Made by a program: the position numbers and the translations under genes
Notes under the pieces: model-generated
Told to the model about the DNA's origin: nothing
Seen by the model: the letters and a program-made list of their open reading frames with translations, nothing else
Databases searched by the model: none
Assembly (NCBI RefSeq): GCF_964204645.1
Contig: NC_134035.1
Location: 310,001-374,000 of the forward strand
Direction: 5' to 3'
Source of the DNA: Tubulanus polymorphus
Lineage: Eukaryota; Animalia; Nemertea
DNA: 64,000 nucleotides
In this document: piece after piece, positions 35,437 to 48,511 of the stretch
Layout: every line of letters starts with the position of its first letter
Numbering within the stretch: position 1 is the stretch's first letter

Positions 35437-37335
35437 ACGCTGACCAATAGAGAAAGCTGTAAGGCCTAAGAAAAGATGCATTAAGTATAACGTATCTTTC
35501 AATATAATGAAGAAGTATTCAATTGGCCATCTGATCACAACAATAGTGACTTGTCTTATTGAAGCAATTGTAAAATACCGGAGAGTTAATTGGAGAACCC
35601 TGAATTCAAAACAATTCCACACTCAATCGTTTACTTTGAAAACACAATTTACAATTTGTGGACATGCATTTTTTCTGCACGAAAAGCATAAAGTATATTA
35701 AATTTGCTTGTAAAAATTTGAAGTTCTCGGGGAAGATTTTTGGCCTAACCTGTGAACACGTCCTTGATATATTTTCTTCATATAAGACCGACCCTTGAAA
35801 TAATGCTGAGAGTTTCGAGGAAAATTGTGGTAGGATGTAAACTTAGGCCGCTTCGTATCCGTGGAAGGTTGCTAATTATTGATTCTATACACAATAATCA
35901 TAAGTACGTAACATGAGACTCGATAGAATATCGTTTTTCAATCATACGTACACGAATTATCGCGTTATAAAGATAAATGGTACTTTAATATACTTGTTAA
36001 GTCTTATAATGTTTATTTCTTTAGAAGTACAAATCAAGAGTGGATCTGCAGGCCACCTGAGACTTCCACGATCTAAGGTCAGTTGCCAAAAGTTAGTAAG
36101 TTTACCAGTGGATAGTTAACATTAATAATGACAATTAAAACTTCATTGCTAAAATAACTTTGTACTTGTAAAATAGTCACACTCAAATGCGGAGAATCGA
36201 TAATACGATAATACGATACGAAAACTCACTGTGTTCAAACAAATTCAAAAAGATGACCTCTAGTGAGAAATTGAACGTTGTGTCGTAATGTTCTAATGAT
36301 AAAACTTGGTTTGAAATTTGAAATGTGTACATAGTGGATCTTGTTCATATTAACAGTGTATTTGGCCATGTATCATATTGTATAATGGTTAATCTAAACT
36401 AACTGGTCCCAGAGTTGTATCCTTAATTCCTGTAATAGAGGATGCAATCTTTTTGTGGCAAACAGTACAAATACCTAGAAAAGGCAACGATAGTGCATTG
36501 GCAAACTTTAAGCAAGCGTACATTGGTTTGTTTAGGTTTTTCGTTGGGAAAATTAATGTTTAATCATTATTGAAATATCCGAGGCGAGCTTTTCCAGGAA
36601 TTTACAAAGTTGAGCTTTACACAAGGAATGCTTTTGTAGTCCGATATCCGTGATTACCTCTGGCGTGGAGAGATACAATCTAAAACGTAGAGTCAAATAT
36701 TTTACCACAATTTTCTATGATTAGTAAAAAGATTGAGTACCGGTAATAGACATAAACATGCAAACAGTAATATCTGAATTCCACTCCATTTCAAACTCAT
36801 CTTTACACAAACTCCAACTTGTTGAACAGTTCAAAATCGCGTGGTTTGCATTATTGCGATAGCTAAAATTAGGGACCACGATACTTGCTCATCTACACTG
36901 GCTACCAATTTAACAAAGGATTGAATTTGTGTGTTTGATGTTGTAACAATACCATACTGAATTATGGTTTCAGTTTCTACTTTTTGATTGAACATTTATA
37001 TCACATATTGGGCATCATTTTTACCAGTATATATGGAATAACTTATCCATATATCATTTTTGATTTTATATAATCTGACTTTTGAGATGTCATTCAATCA
37101 ATGCATTCGTATGCGGTCGTCGCTTTCAATAGCCACCACGGACTGGCTCCTTATTATCTCCTTAGCGATACCTTGGCGGACGATCTCATACGTTTCTTGC
37201 CCCAGCCCTAGAATGCTCAATTATAGTCGATATGAAAACCCGATTTGAATTCAAATTCTTAAAGACTCCTAAAAACACACATGTTAATTCGATTACTCTA
37301 AACCGCCTTTGAACATGCAAGAACCAGTGAAATAA

Positions 37336-39083
37336 AGAAGTTTCCAGTTTCTAGGCGCCATTTTGTGGCGGTCCCTCGAGGTCCCCATTGTTGCGATGAT
37401 TTGCGCTCATTTTTAAAACATAAGTTTAGATTGAATATCATATAGTTCTGCAGCCCCTTGCTCGACGAAATCGATTTATACACCATTTTAAAGGAAATGA
37501 AATGCAGATATTTGCTGGCGATTCTTGGGATTTTTGAACGCAAAAATTGAGAACAGTGACGATGTGAAACCAAGGACCGCATATCTTAACCGTGCGTAAA
37601 AGAAATCGCAATATTTATTAATTTTGAAATATCTAAGTATCTCTTGAAGCTTTATTTCCAATTTTCACAGAGGTTAAAGAGGGTAATTTGCAGTTTAAGC
37701 ATGCGTTAAAATCTTTTGAATATCTTTTCTGACGACTGATCTGTACCCGCTTGAATTTGAGATTACGCGCAAAAGGGGTCTCCCACTGCGCATTGCAATT
37801 TCACTGAACATTGAGATTTGCGACAAGAAATCTTTAAATGCAATTTGATTTCTTCACATTTTCCATGGGGATATTTTGAGATGATAATACATATCTTGTT
37901 TGTACCGTATTTTGGCGGGGGCAATTCGTTTAGCTGGTTTCGGGGTCCGGTTTGTCCCGCTATTGAAGTTTGAACGGTCCAGTTGAGGAATTGTCGTATA
38001 CAGCCCATCCAGCCTAGCGCCGATTTTGTGTTCGGTGAAATCAAACGTTTTAGAGTCGATGGTGAAATGTGCCAGTCAATTTAAACGCTTAGGACATATT
38101 TAACACATATCCCTCTCTGGTAATCCCTCATTCTGGGGTCATACGATGAATTTACTGAATCTCAACCTTCTTGCTGGAAAACATCGACCAGAAAACCTTA
38201 CTGATATAAAATTCCAATATAATATTTAAAGGGGTTCAGATCTGTCCCCCATTTGATATTCTGTTTTAGGGGGTCAACGTCCAGTTTGGCAACTTTCAGC
38301 TGCGCCACATATTCAAAAATATATAAAAACTTAGAATTTTTTTCTAGTGTCCAACCATGAGTGGTACATTCGGTTGAAACGCAAATTAGATTCTCAACTA
38401 GGCCACATTTGCAACCAACACGGAAAGTCCCCACTCTTACAAGAAATCCTTTAATTTCCCAACGCTACAAAACTCGAATTCATCAAAACACGCAAAGTCC
38501 ATTTTCAACCATACGAAAATAAAGGTAATATATAACCATCAGAAGCAATATTAGTAATTACAAACCAGTATAAAATCTTATTTCTGCGATTTCTTTTCAC
38601 AAATCTCAATGTTCAGTGAAATAGCGGCGCGGAGTGGGAGACCCCTTTTGCGCGTAATCTCAAACTCAAGCGGGTACAGATCAGTCGTCAGTAAAGATAT
38701 TCAAAAAATTTAACGCAGGCCTAAACTACAAATAACCCTCTTTAACCTCTGTGAAAATTGGAAATACAGCTTTAAGAGATACTTAGATATTTTAAAATTA
38801 ATAAATATTGCGATTTCTTTTACGCGCGGTTAAGATATGCGGTCCTTGGTTTCACATCGTCACTGTTCATCATTGTTGCGTTCAAAAATTCCAAGAATCG
38901 CCAGCAAATATCTGCATTTAATTTCCTTTAAAATGGTGTATAAATTGATTTCGTCGAGCAAGGGGCTGCAGAACTATATGATATTCAATCTAAACTTATG
39001 TTTTAAAAATGAGCGCAAATCATCGCAACAATGGGGACCTCGAGGGACCGCCACAAAATGGCGCCTAGAAACTGGAAACTTCT
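37336..39083. mobile_element. Non-autonomous foldback-like DNA transposon with ~500-bp TIRs, Kolobok-like termini
   Basis: 37336-~37832 is the reverse complement of ~38588-39083 (the same spurious peptide appears on opposite strands in the ORF track). Termini AG...CT are flanked by ATAA/TTAA. No transposase ORF. Confidence 0.8.
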
Positions 39084-39198
39084 TTAATAAAGAAGGGGCT
39101 TTATAAGTTGTATTCATCATTCGAACCCACAATTCTCCTTATCCTATGAATGTGGAGACCCATCCTCGTAAGAGAATGAATATATAGGCTCTGTCATT

Positions 39199-39272
39199 TG
39201 ATATGAGGCTACGTGTCATCTTTAATTGAAATCATGTGATTTCAATTAAAGATGACCCGTGGCCTCATATCA
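39199..39272. repeat. Hairpin with 36-bp arms and a 2-nt loop (2 mismatches)
   Basis: tgatatgaggctacgtgtcatctttaattgaaatca-tg-tgatttcaattaaagatgacccgtggcctcatatca. Confidence 0.85.
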
Positions 39273-40202
39273 TTACGTTAGGTTTTTTTAAAGCCTGGGC
39301 GAGAATATATTCTTATGTTTTTGTTTCTGTGAATGTTGCTATTTAAGAGTTCAATAATTTCAGTCTACCAAACAAAGGGTTTTTCTGTATGTTCCGTGTC
39401 CTGTTTTTCCATAACCCTATCGCATTTTAGGTATCTTTTCGCGGATAACCGAAAGTCGTTGTCCCTTTCTAGTAATTTGATGATATATGTCGAATTTAAA
39501 TTTAAAAAGGAATCAGGCATATCTCCTTGTTTGACTTAGTGTGAACTCAACTTTAAGGGGCACTCCCTTAAAAGGCACCGAAGTGAAATCATGTGTCGAG
39601 TGGAGATGACAGAATTTCTTCAAAATCGGCGGAGAAAATTGAGTATTTTGAAAATAATAATTTTACATGTATGCAAATCCGTTATATCTCTCTAGAAATA
39701 ACAATACGACGACAAGCACTTTCGAATCCGACCACGATATTCGAGAAGTTTCACTAGGTCAGTGGTGGTCAGTGATGGTCAATTTATGAATTTTCAATGG
39801 CGAATCCTTTCTATTTTGACACCATAATGCGGTATCAGGTAGTGGTCTTTCTACGAAGCCCACGCGGTGAGCGTATTATTATGAAATCTTTTTTTTTAAA
39901 CCACGGTACCACGAAGTAATAAGCATCGTTTAAGCACTTGAAACAGCCATTAACCACTTGAAACTGTCAGATCAAACATCATACCGCATCCCCGCAAAGA
40001 GGGGTAGTTCAGCAAACCGGAGTTTTCATTGGCCTCTCTAGACTACCCCGGAAAACTAATAATGGCCGGGAATCGGGGCGGGGTTAGGTTTAGAGATAGA
40101 GGTTAGGGGACCAAACCGAAGGTCTGGAGACCCCACTAGTGCACGGGCAGCGGGTTATCCCTGTAAAAAAGTAGTAAGAGTTAATTGTTGTAGTGAGGCG
40201 GT

Positions 40203-41004
40203 CTACGGGACGTTCATGCCTCGGGGCGTGTTCGTGTCGAGTCGTCGTATCCAGTCTTGTTCGGCTGCTTCGCGGATCGGTCTCGTGGACCCTGTAGGTG
40301 TTGGAGACAGTACACCCGAAAGTGTTCGCGGATGTGGTCGACTTGGTTGAAGTGGTCTTAGACTGGAGTCGAATTCTTCGTTCTGATGCGTGAGACGCGA
40401 TGCGTGACGCGTTCTCGTAGAGACATTCCGGTTTGGCCGACGTACAGCATGTTGCACTTGGTGCATTCGATGCAGTATACAATTTCACGGGTCGCGCAAT
40501 TAATTGTGCTGCGGATCGCGTGCATTTTGTTGTGGCTGCGGAAAACGGTTGTTTCTCGGACGAGTGGACACGTACGACATCTCGGTGTTCTGCATTTCTT
40601 GGTGCCTCGACGTCGGGTTGACGGAGTTCTTTGAGTAGACCTGGAAATAGAAGAATTGGAAACAACGGAAGTATTTCTGTTACGATGCGGTGAAGAGGGA
40701 ACTCGGGGAGGGGTGGCTCCGTGGGTTTGAGCTGCGACGAAGTTAGGAGATCTTTGAGACTCTTGTGCTTGGTGTAGGCGGTGACCGTGGTTACCTCGTC
40801 CGACCGGGCGGTGGCCGTAGCCAGTTCCGTAAATCTGGTTCGGATGTTACGGGCTAGGGTTCGGTTTGCTTCGGAGTGAGGTAAGATAAGTGGTAAACGC
40901 TTTTTCGGCGGTTCGTTGGCCCGTTGTTGTTCTCGTAGATCTCGTTCGGCGTGGTGCCGTAGAGCTTGGCTTTTGATGTGTCGCAGTTCGCGGTCTTTGT
41001 AGCC
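40203..41004 (-). mobile_element. 5'-truncated, decayed Penelope-like retroelement (thumb/linker, Cys knuckle and GIY-YIG endonuclease)
   Basis: Manual translation across frames: GYKDRELR..KRLPLILPHS..AYTKHKSLKDLLTSSQL / GTKKCRTPRCRTCPL..INCATREIVYCIECTKCNMLYVGQTGMSLRER..PV*DHFNQVDH / REAAEQDWIRRLDTNTPRGMNVP*. Two frameshifts and a TAA at 40360-40358. Confidence 0.88.
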
Positions 41005-41088
41005 AGTACTTTAAGTTTTAGTTATAGGTCATAGTAGTTAGTTATCTAGTAGTAGTTAGTTGCTCTTCGCAAATTTGTGAGCAATAAA

Positions 41089-41116
41089 TCTATCTATCTA
41101 TCTATCTGTCTGTCTA

Positions 41117-41207
<91 letters not shown>

Positions 41208-41212
41208 GTCTG

Positions 41213-41267
<55 letters not shown>

Positions 41268-41330
41268 GTCTATCTATCTATCTATCTGTCTATCTGTCTA
41301 TCTATCTAGCTATCTATCTGTCTATCTATC
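41089..41330. repeat. (TCTA/TCTG)n microsatellite
   Basis: Direct inspection. Confidence 0.97.
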
Positions 41331-41414
41331 CTAATCGTTGGTGGTAAGCTTTTACAATCGGATGGGCTTATACTTATGGTTACGTTAGGGGTTATAGATG
41401 TTATAAGTGGTGTC

Positions 41415-42118
41415 GGGTCAACACGTCCTCGCAGACCCGGTCAAAACGTCCTCGCTTCTATCGGTCAAAACGTCCTCACTCACGCCGGAATAATTACAAA
41501 TAATTACAACTCACAAAAACATCATGATATCAAACACTAAGATAGGCCTTCCCCGATGACACTTTGGCAGAATACGTTCTTCAGCGAGAGATGTCCTTTA
41601 CAATATGAATTGATGGCGTAGGTTTCGAGCTGCGATTGTTGTTTAGAACAAGCACCTGAATTTCATTTTTCTTTTGTTTGCTGTTTCATAGCTTTACATT
41701 GATTTTAAATTCCTGTAGCGTACAAAAATAGAAACACACATTAACTTTACGTTTATTATATTATTTATTCCGTCAATACTCAAAATTTTAGATACATACT
41801 CTAAAAATGGAAATGGTACTTGTTCATGGGTCGTCATGATTTAGTACATAATATTCATCTTATCGTAGTTTAATTTAGAACTTATTCTGGACGATTGATT
41901 TCGCGCGTTGTCGTCAAACCATAGGAACGACTAATTCAATCAGTCAGCAGGTGTGTGTCAGTTTAAACGTTATGGTCGTAATTGTATTTGTAAAACTGAA
42001 TACAAGAAACTGCTGCATTTATCTATTGATGAAATGTTTAGTTTAATTCATCAGTTCTATCATAGAGAACGAGGATGAACGCAACGATTTTCAAGAGGTC
42101 GTACGTCGACAAATGGAT
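41415..42118. mobile_element. Unclassified non-autonomous element with subterminal ggtcaaaacgtcctc repeats
   Basis: Three tandem cggtcaa(a/c)acgtcctc motifs at the left end; degenerate inverse motifs (cgaggatgaacg, gaggtcgtacgtcgac) at the right end. Confidence 0.35.
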
Positions 42119-43294
42119 TTTGGCCGCATATGTATTGCCGCCTCTAATCCCGGTCGGTGTTGGTTCAATCATCTATCCATTTACTCCGGAGAATGGAGCG
42201 GAGAATTTCTCCTGCCCCCATAGGAAAATACTGCTTCCCGGAATTAAAACCACCATCGATCACCATTTCTGAGGCTTAGTGCGTATTGGATTACTGAATA
42301 AGTAATACGTATGATTCAGTCTGGTGCCACATTTTCTCCTTCGAATACGCTTCATTCATTTTGCACAGTTATTGACGGGGTCCAGAAGTCTCAGATCCCC
42401 GCCTTAAGGGTCCTCTGTGATTTCTGCATTTCCTAGATTGTATTGTTAAGAATATCTCATCAATCAGTCGCTCGGTCATTCGGTCACCAGTCATCCATTT
42501 ATCCAGTCAGGCATCATACCATATTTGTAATGAAGAGGGACCCCAAATCCATTGGTCCTGAGAGACAGATTGATGATAAAACAAGGGATTTTCTGGACTT
42601 TTTCGCCTGGAGAAAGAGTACAGAACAGGTGGGGGATTTCCTTCTATATTCGGCTCGGATGTACTGGCATACCTGTACTGGGATACCCCTCTTTCTAAAG
42701 GTTTGATTATTTCAAAAGTTAGTTTGGGTATGTGGGGCGAAAACCATTATCAGCCGAGCCCAACTTTCGTTCGACAATGAATGGCCAAGGAATGGTTTAG
42801 GCCGTTGATGATAGTGATATTAAAAGTAAAATAATCATTCCTTAACTATAATCGAAGTTTTTTAAGGGTTAAGAGGCGCAAGTTGCATACGTATTTGAAC
42901 AAAATGTGTCGCGCACGACTTAACTGGAACCATGGCCGTGACCGGGACGTGATTAGTCTATATATATTCTGTACATGAGTCAGATCGGCTGTCATACGAG
43001 ACGCACGTACAGTTTTGTGGGGATTCAGGATATTGGATTTTTGAAACGGAAATACGCTATTTAGAACTCTCAAATTCAAAAACCAACCGTCGTATCTAGG
43101 CCTAATATGCTGCAACGATCAGTTATATATTTGTAGAGATTCAAGATATAGACTCTGGAGCTGCAAGTTTGGTCAGAAATGGGCGATTTCAGTCTGAGTC
43201 GACATCGTCACGGCGTTGACCATTGTGACGTCATGGTCTTTTGTCCGAATGTGAATGGCCGTGGAATATGTTCGAATGTTTTCCTGTCACAATC

Positions 43295-43485
43295 GGGCGG
43301 ACCGGATGGCTTAGTCGGTCGGCGACTAGCGTGTCACCGCTGTGGCCCAGGTTCGAGTCTCGGAGGAGGCGGGTCAGGATGTGGCAAGTGATCTCCGGTA
43401 AGCGGGCGAGTCGAGAGTACTGTCCTCCCTGGAATGAGGTTGCTAATGCGTGAGTCCTACAAAATAACTGGTGTGGGGTAAATTA
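43295..43485 (+). mobile_element. tRNA-derived SINE
   Basis: A-box TGGCTTAGTCGG, tRNA-Asp-like TGTCAC loop, B-box GGTTCGAGTC, followed by a non-tRNA body. Confidence 0.55.
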
Positions 43486-44203
43486 TGTTTAATTCAGTCG
43501 TTTCTGGCTGAATTATTTATTTATCCCACAATACCGGTCCCGGCAGCGGAGTAATTCCCCCAGGGACCTTCGACTTTTTTACAATATTAGTTTGTTATTT
43601 TAAGTTGAGTGGTGAGGGTTTGGGTCATTTTATATTTATTTAATTCCTCGAACTGAAGAAATCCAAGCGACTATTCGGTACAAGCAGCGCGCGGTGATCA
43701 ATCACAGTTCTTTCTCAACTGATGATAAAACTTCCATAATTTTTCACCAGATTTCAGTTAAAGAAGATGTGTACGCGGCGATGTCTGGTGAACTTGTGTA
43801 TAAATTCGGCTTCAAAACGACTCTATCCAATAGAGAATCACTCACTGGAGACCTGCCATACGCTCTACTACACAATAGTGCCGCGTCACTGCACAAACCC
43901 TTAAGCAAACTTCAATATCATAAAGCAAAACTCGAAAAAAGTAAAATTGAGCCGGTATTACAGTTCAAAACCGGACTTAAATAGAAGGGAAATCTACACT
44001 AAAGTTTGTTGGAGTTTATCTAAACCATTAGCTAAAATTTCAGCATACAATTTTAGGCTAAAATCGTAGCATTCGATATTTCTATCTTTAACAATATGTG
44101 CCTCTATGAATAGTCGAATTAAACTCGATGACCTGTAGGCCCCATTGAAAATGTTTGGCACGAATTGAATGGTTCTTGCGGATTAGCGTCACGGACTCGG
44201 GTC

Positions 44204-44729
44204 TGTCACAGGAATGCGCGATCGAGCTTTCTGATTGATCCAATCCGGTCGCATCGATGATGCACCGTCGCTGATTGGTTGACGTAGGTATTAGAAGCGC
44301 GGTTCGAGCCGCCCGATGCCAGTCCGAGAACTGATGTCCAGCGATGAAGGTCACCTATAAGAGCTCTGCAACAAGGCGTGAAGAAAGTGTGGCTTCAAGC
44401 GAACAACCAACTAATAAGCGGCTGATGATGTAAGGAGAGACTGGAACGTGAAGGAATTTGTGACGCCTAGCGATTGAGAACGCAAGATGAGACTGGCGGC
44501 TGATGGTGCAGATGATCGCGGAGGAGATCCCGATACTGCTGCTGCTGTTACTGGTGTTGCTGCTGCTGTTGATGTCGGATTTCAACTACAAACAGATGAC
44601 GGCTAATTTGCTGATGAAGACTAGTTGCTGTTGTCGCTGATTTCCGATGTTCTATTTCGCGCACATTCATACATTATGAATATTGTGTCTTTTTAGGGTT
44701 AAACCGAAACCAGTTCGCTACTACTGACA
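44204..44729 (+). mobile_element. Possible solo LTR
   Basis: TGTCA...TGACA termini, CCAAT/ATTGG boxes and TATAAGA inside, GC-richer than the flanks. No matching TSD found. Confidence 0.3.
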
Positions 44730-44774
44730 ACTACATGTACACACAATTCGTTTGTCGCAACGTCCTGAACTAGT

Positions 44775-44815
44775 CTGCTGCTGCTGCTGCTACTGCTGCT
44801 GCTGCTGCTGCTGCA
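44775..44815. repeat. (CTG)n microsatellite
   Basis: Direct inspection. Confidence 0.9.
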
Positions 44816-44970
44816 TTGGGAACCGCATCAACTCACATTTTGCTGTTTCGGTATCTTTACATTAAGATAAGGTAATTATATTAAACTTACCCATCCGTAC
44901 ATTTTGCATCTTCATTAGCTTGACGATTATCCGATTTGTTTTTCAGCTGGCAATATTTGAGTGACGGCAA

Positions 44971-45610
44971 CATCTTCAAACCTCGAGACGCAGACTCTAC
45001 CCCGACTACAGAACCATCTTCAAACCTCGAGACGCAGACCCTACTCCGACTACAGTACCATCTTCAAACCTCGAGAAGCAGACTCTACTCCGACTACAGT
45101 ACCATCTTCAAACCTCGAGACGCAGACTCTACTCCGACTACAGTACCATCCTCAAACCTCGAGACGCAGACTCTACTCCGACTACAGAACCATCTCCAAA
45201 CCTCGAGACGCAGACTCTACTCCGACTACAGTACCATCTTCAAACCTCGAGACGCAGACCCTACTCCGACTACAGTACCATCTTCAAACCTCGAGACGCA
45301 GACTCTACTCCGACTACAGTACCATCTTCAAACCTCGAGAAGCAGACTCTACTCCGACTACAGTACCATCTTCAAACCTCGAGACGCAGACTCTACTCCG
45401 ACTACAGAACCATCTTCAAACCTCGAGACGCAGACTCTACTCCGACTACAGAACCATTCTCAAACCTCGAGACGCACTCCGACTACAGTACCATCTTCAA
45501 ACCTCGAGACGCAGACTCTACTCCGACTACAGAACCATCTTCAAACCTCGAGACGCAGACTCTACTCCGACTTCAGAACCATCTCCAAACCTCGAGACGC
45601 AGACTCTACT
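44971..45610. repeat. 44-bp minisatellite, ~14.5 copies
   Basis: Unit catcttcaaacctcgagacgcagactctactccgactacagtac; one copy has a short deletion near 45476. Confidence 0.95.
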
Positions 45611-45972
45611 CGTCATTATTTCGTTTTGCCGCATGTTATAAAAAGTAACGTAAATAAATAAACGTCCATATATAAAATGCTCTCTTTAATAAAATCTCTT
45701 TGTCTCGGGCACTTTGCCCCGGAAAGGACTCTCCCCTCTCACAACTTCCACTTGCCCCGGACTCTCGTACAACTTCTCACGTTCAAGGAAAGGACAAAGT
45801 CAAAAAGGAAAGGACAAACGCAAAGTACAATCAAAGGATTTATTCCAAATTCAAAGTAGGAATTTGTTACAGCTTGTTTGCAAAAGTAAAATTCAACATT
45901 TTATTGAAACGAACAAAATCAAAATTCAACATTTTTATTTAATCAACAACCAATAAAATTTTATTTAAAATA

Positions 45973-46035
45973 CGGGATTTGAACCACCAACCACTGTCTA
46001 GCAGTCCAGCACCCTACCCACTACGCTATAGGGAC
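45973..46035 (-). pseudogene. tRNA-like fragment / SINE head
   Basis: Minus strand reads GTCCCTATAGCGTAGTGGGTAGGGTGCTGGACTGCTAGACAGTGGTTGGTGGTTCAAATCCCG: A and B boxes present, no 3' acceptor strand. Confidence 0.45.
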
Positions 46036-46159
46036 GTACTGACAGCCTACAGGGGAACTCATATTTATCCATTGCTTAAGCAAATTTTATCAAAAAAATA
46101 ATGCCATCTACCGGGCGAGACAGGAACTAGTTCCTATCACAACCCGGTAGATGGTGGAG

Positions 46160-46810
46160 AATGAGACCAGAGATGAGAGATGAGATGAGTATGAGAGATG
46201 AGAATGAGAAATGAGTATGAGAGATGAGAATGAGAGATGAGGATGAGATGAGGATGAAAGAGTGAGATGAGGATGAGTATGAGATGAGAGATGAGTATGA
46301 GATGAGTATGAGAGATGAGGATGAGAGATGAGTATGAGATGAGGATGAAAGAGTGAGATGAGTATGAGAGATGAGGATGAGAGATGAGAATGAAGTATGA
46401 GAGATGAGGATGAGAGATGGCTATGAGAGATGAGGATGAGAAATGAGTATGAGATGAGGATGAAAGAGTGAGATGAGTATGAGAGATGAGGATGAGAGAT
46501 GAGAATGAAGTATGAGAGATGAGGATGAGAGATGGCTATGAGAGATGAGGATGAGAAATGAGTATGAGAGATGAGAAATGAGAATGAGAAATGAGTATGA
46601 GAGATGAGTATGAGAGATGAGTATGAGAGATGAGTATGAGAGATGAGTATGAGATGAGGATGAAAGAGTGAGATGAGGATGAGTATGAGATGAGTATGAG
46701 AGATGAGTATGAGATGAGGATGAAAGAGTGAGATGAGGATGAGTATGAGAGATGAGTATGAGAGATGAGTATGAGAGATGAGGATGAGAGATGATAGAGA
46801 GAGACAGAGG
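46160..46810. repeat. Purine-rich low-complexity satellite (GATGA / GAGATGAGTATGA variants)
   Basis: Direct inspection; source of the spurious 239-aa ORF. Confidence 0.93.
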
Positions 46811-47258
46811 ATAGGATTGTATATCACCTGAACTTCTATGTTCCTCGTTGTTTTCTATCCGGCAGATTCTAGATGCCGTCAGTAGTTTTAGTTTTACAGT
46901 TTTTAGTTCAAACAGATATTTATCCCATCAGCAGCAAAGTCATCACATAGTTAGTCCTCGTGGACATAAAGTTCACTATAACTGAAGTCAAGTTCTCCCA
47001 ATATTTGTTCGTTTGTTTGTTTATCCTCCCGGTGAGTTCTAACGCTGCCAACACATATTTTATCCAGTTCATCTGATGTAGTCCTGATCATCAAACACAA
47101 ACGTCAATAATTCCATCCTAATGATGACAAACATCCTAAAAGATATAAATGAAACTTTATAGATTTGAGGCAACCAATCAGTTATACACAGTGTAAAAGT
47201 TAAGTAAAGTTACTGGTGTATCAGAGAAATGGTAGGCTACTCCCCAAAATGAGTGTCA

Positions 47259-47874
47259 GGGGTCAAATATTTTTTGTCTCCGATTTTGATGAAATTCAGT
47301 ATAAACATGTATTCTTGGGTGTTGATCACAAATCTGAACGAATTTTTCGGATCTGAGGCCCAGAAAATGAGAAATTCGAATTATTGGGGGACCCCCTAAA
47401 TTTTCAAAAGGCCTTGGACCCCAGAGTTTTCGAGATATTCAAAATCTGATTGCAGATTTGGAATCAGCACCCCTGAAAATATAAAGGACTAAAATTTCAA
47501 GCAAATCGAAGAGATTCGGTTTTTTGGCCAAAAATGGCAAAAATCTAAGGTGTTAGTCCAGGAGTTTTTTTTCGGCGAAAAATTTTTTTTCCCTGATTCC
47601 TTCTAAAATTGGTAGGAATATGTATTCTAAGGTGTAGATTCCGGATCCGCAATCAGATTTTGAATCGGAATTCATCTTCATGGGCAAATATGGGTTTTAA
47701 TGCCCAAAATATGCACCCCAAAAATGGGGTACAAAGTCAAAATTTTTTTTTGGCCCAATTTTAATGACACTTAGTGCAGACATGTTTTTTGGGGTGCTGA
47801 TTACGAATATGGGGTTAGATTTTGGATCCGAGGCAACTAAAATGAGATATTCAGGATTTCGTGTTTTGACCCCC
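47259..47874. mobile_element. Unclassified non-autonomous DNA-transposon-like block (second copy ~50848-51467)
   Basis: GGGGTCAAA...TTTTGACCCC inverted motifs with internal direct and inverted subrepeats (ggggtgctgat, gaatcagcacccc). Confidence 0.45.
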
Positions 47875-48511
47875 TTAATTTCGTCACAAATTTTGATGAA
47901 ATTTGCCTGGGAAATTCGGCCCAAAATCGAATTTTATTCAATGATCAAATATTCAATTAATTTTTAAGGTAGAAATTGATGCTCTTACTAAAACCCTGTA
48001 TTATAATTCCTGCAACAGAATTACAGGCTGCTTCAAATAACCACATTGACAATTCTTATGAAATGCAGTGAACAGTGTTTACAGATAAACTGCTTTCTCA
48101 TAATTGTTTTGGAAACTTATAAGAAATTCTACTCACACACTCACTAGCCCTTGTCTAGCAGTAATGGTAGTCCACTGAGTTCCACAAATCCACACCTCCT
48201 GGAGTCCACCACTGACTGTATTTTTATGAGTATCAATCCACTTATAGTCCGGTTAGTTGACTAAATAGTCCAGTTAGTTCACATATAGTCTGGTTAGTTC
48301 ACTAGTAGTCCAGTTAGTTCACTTATAGTCCGGTTAGTTGACTAGAAGTCCAGTTAGTTCACTAGTAGTCCGGAAGAAGTTCACTGAAGAAATAAAACTG
48401 TGATGAATTTCAGTTGAAGTCAACATCCAGTTTCGTGATGAAGTTTACACCACAGCCCGACAGGAAAACCTGAAATACTAAAATTGAAATCACATTAACA
48501 GGGAGACTGAC

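Noticed and set aside
35440-37070. Minus-strand decayed coding-like sequence (QGSPI..SPVFYN RT-like; NILYAFR GPCR-like)
   Set aside because: Motifs are short, lie in different frames among many stops, and point to different families; cannot be assigned without a translated search.
37298-39106. Two near-identical ~90-aa ORFs on opposite strands as a gene pair
   Set aside because: They are the two arms of the long inverted repeat and show no domain similarity.
40090-40665. 191-aa ORF as a standalone gene; selenocysteine recoding in the PLE endonuclease
   Set aside because: The ORF is mostly off-frame relative to the GIY-YIG reading. The internal stop is TAA, not TGA, and frameshifts show decay.
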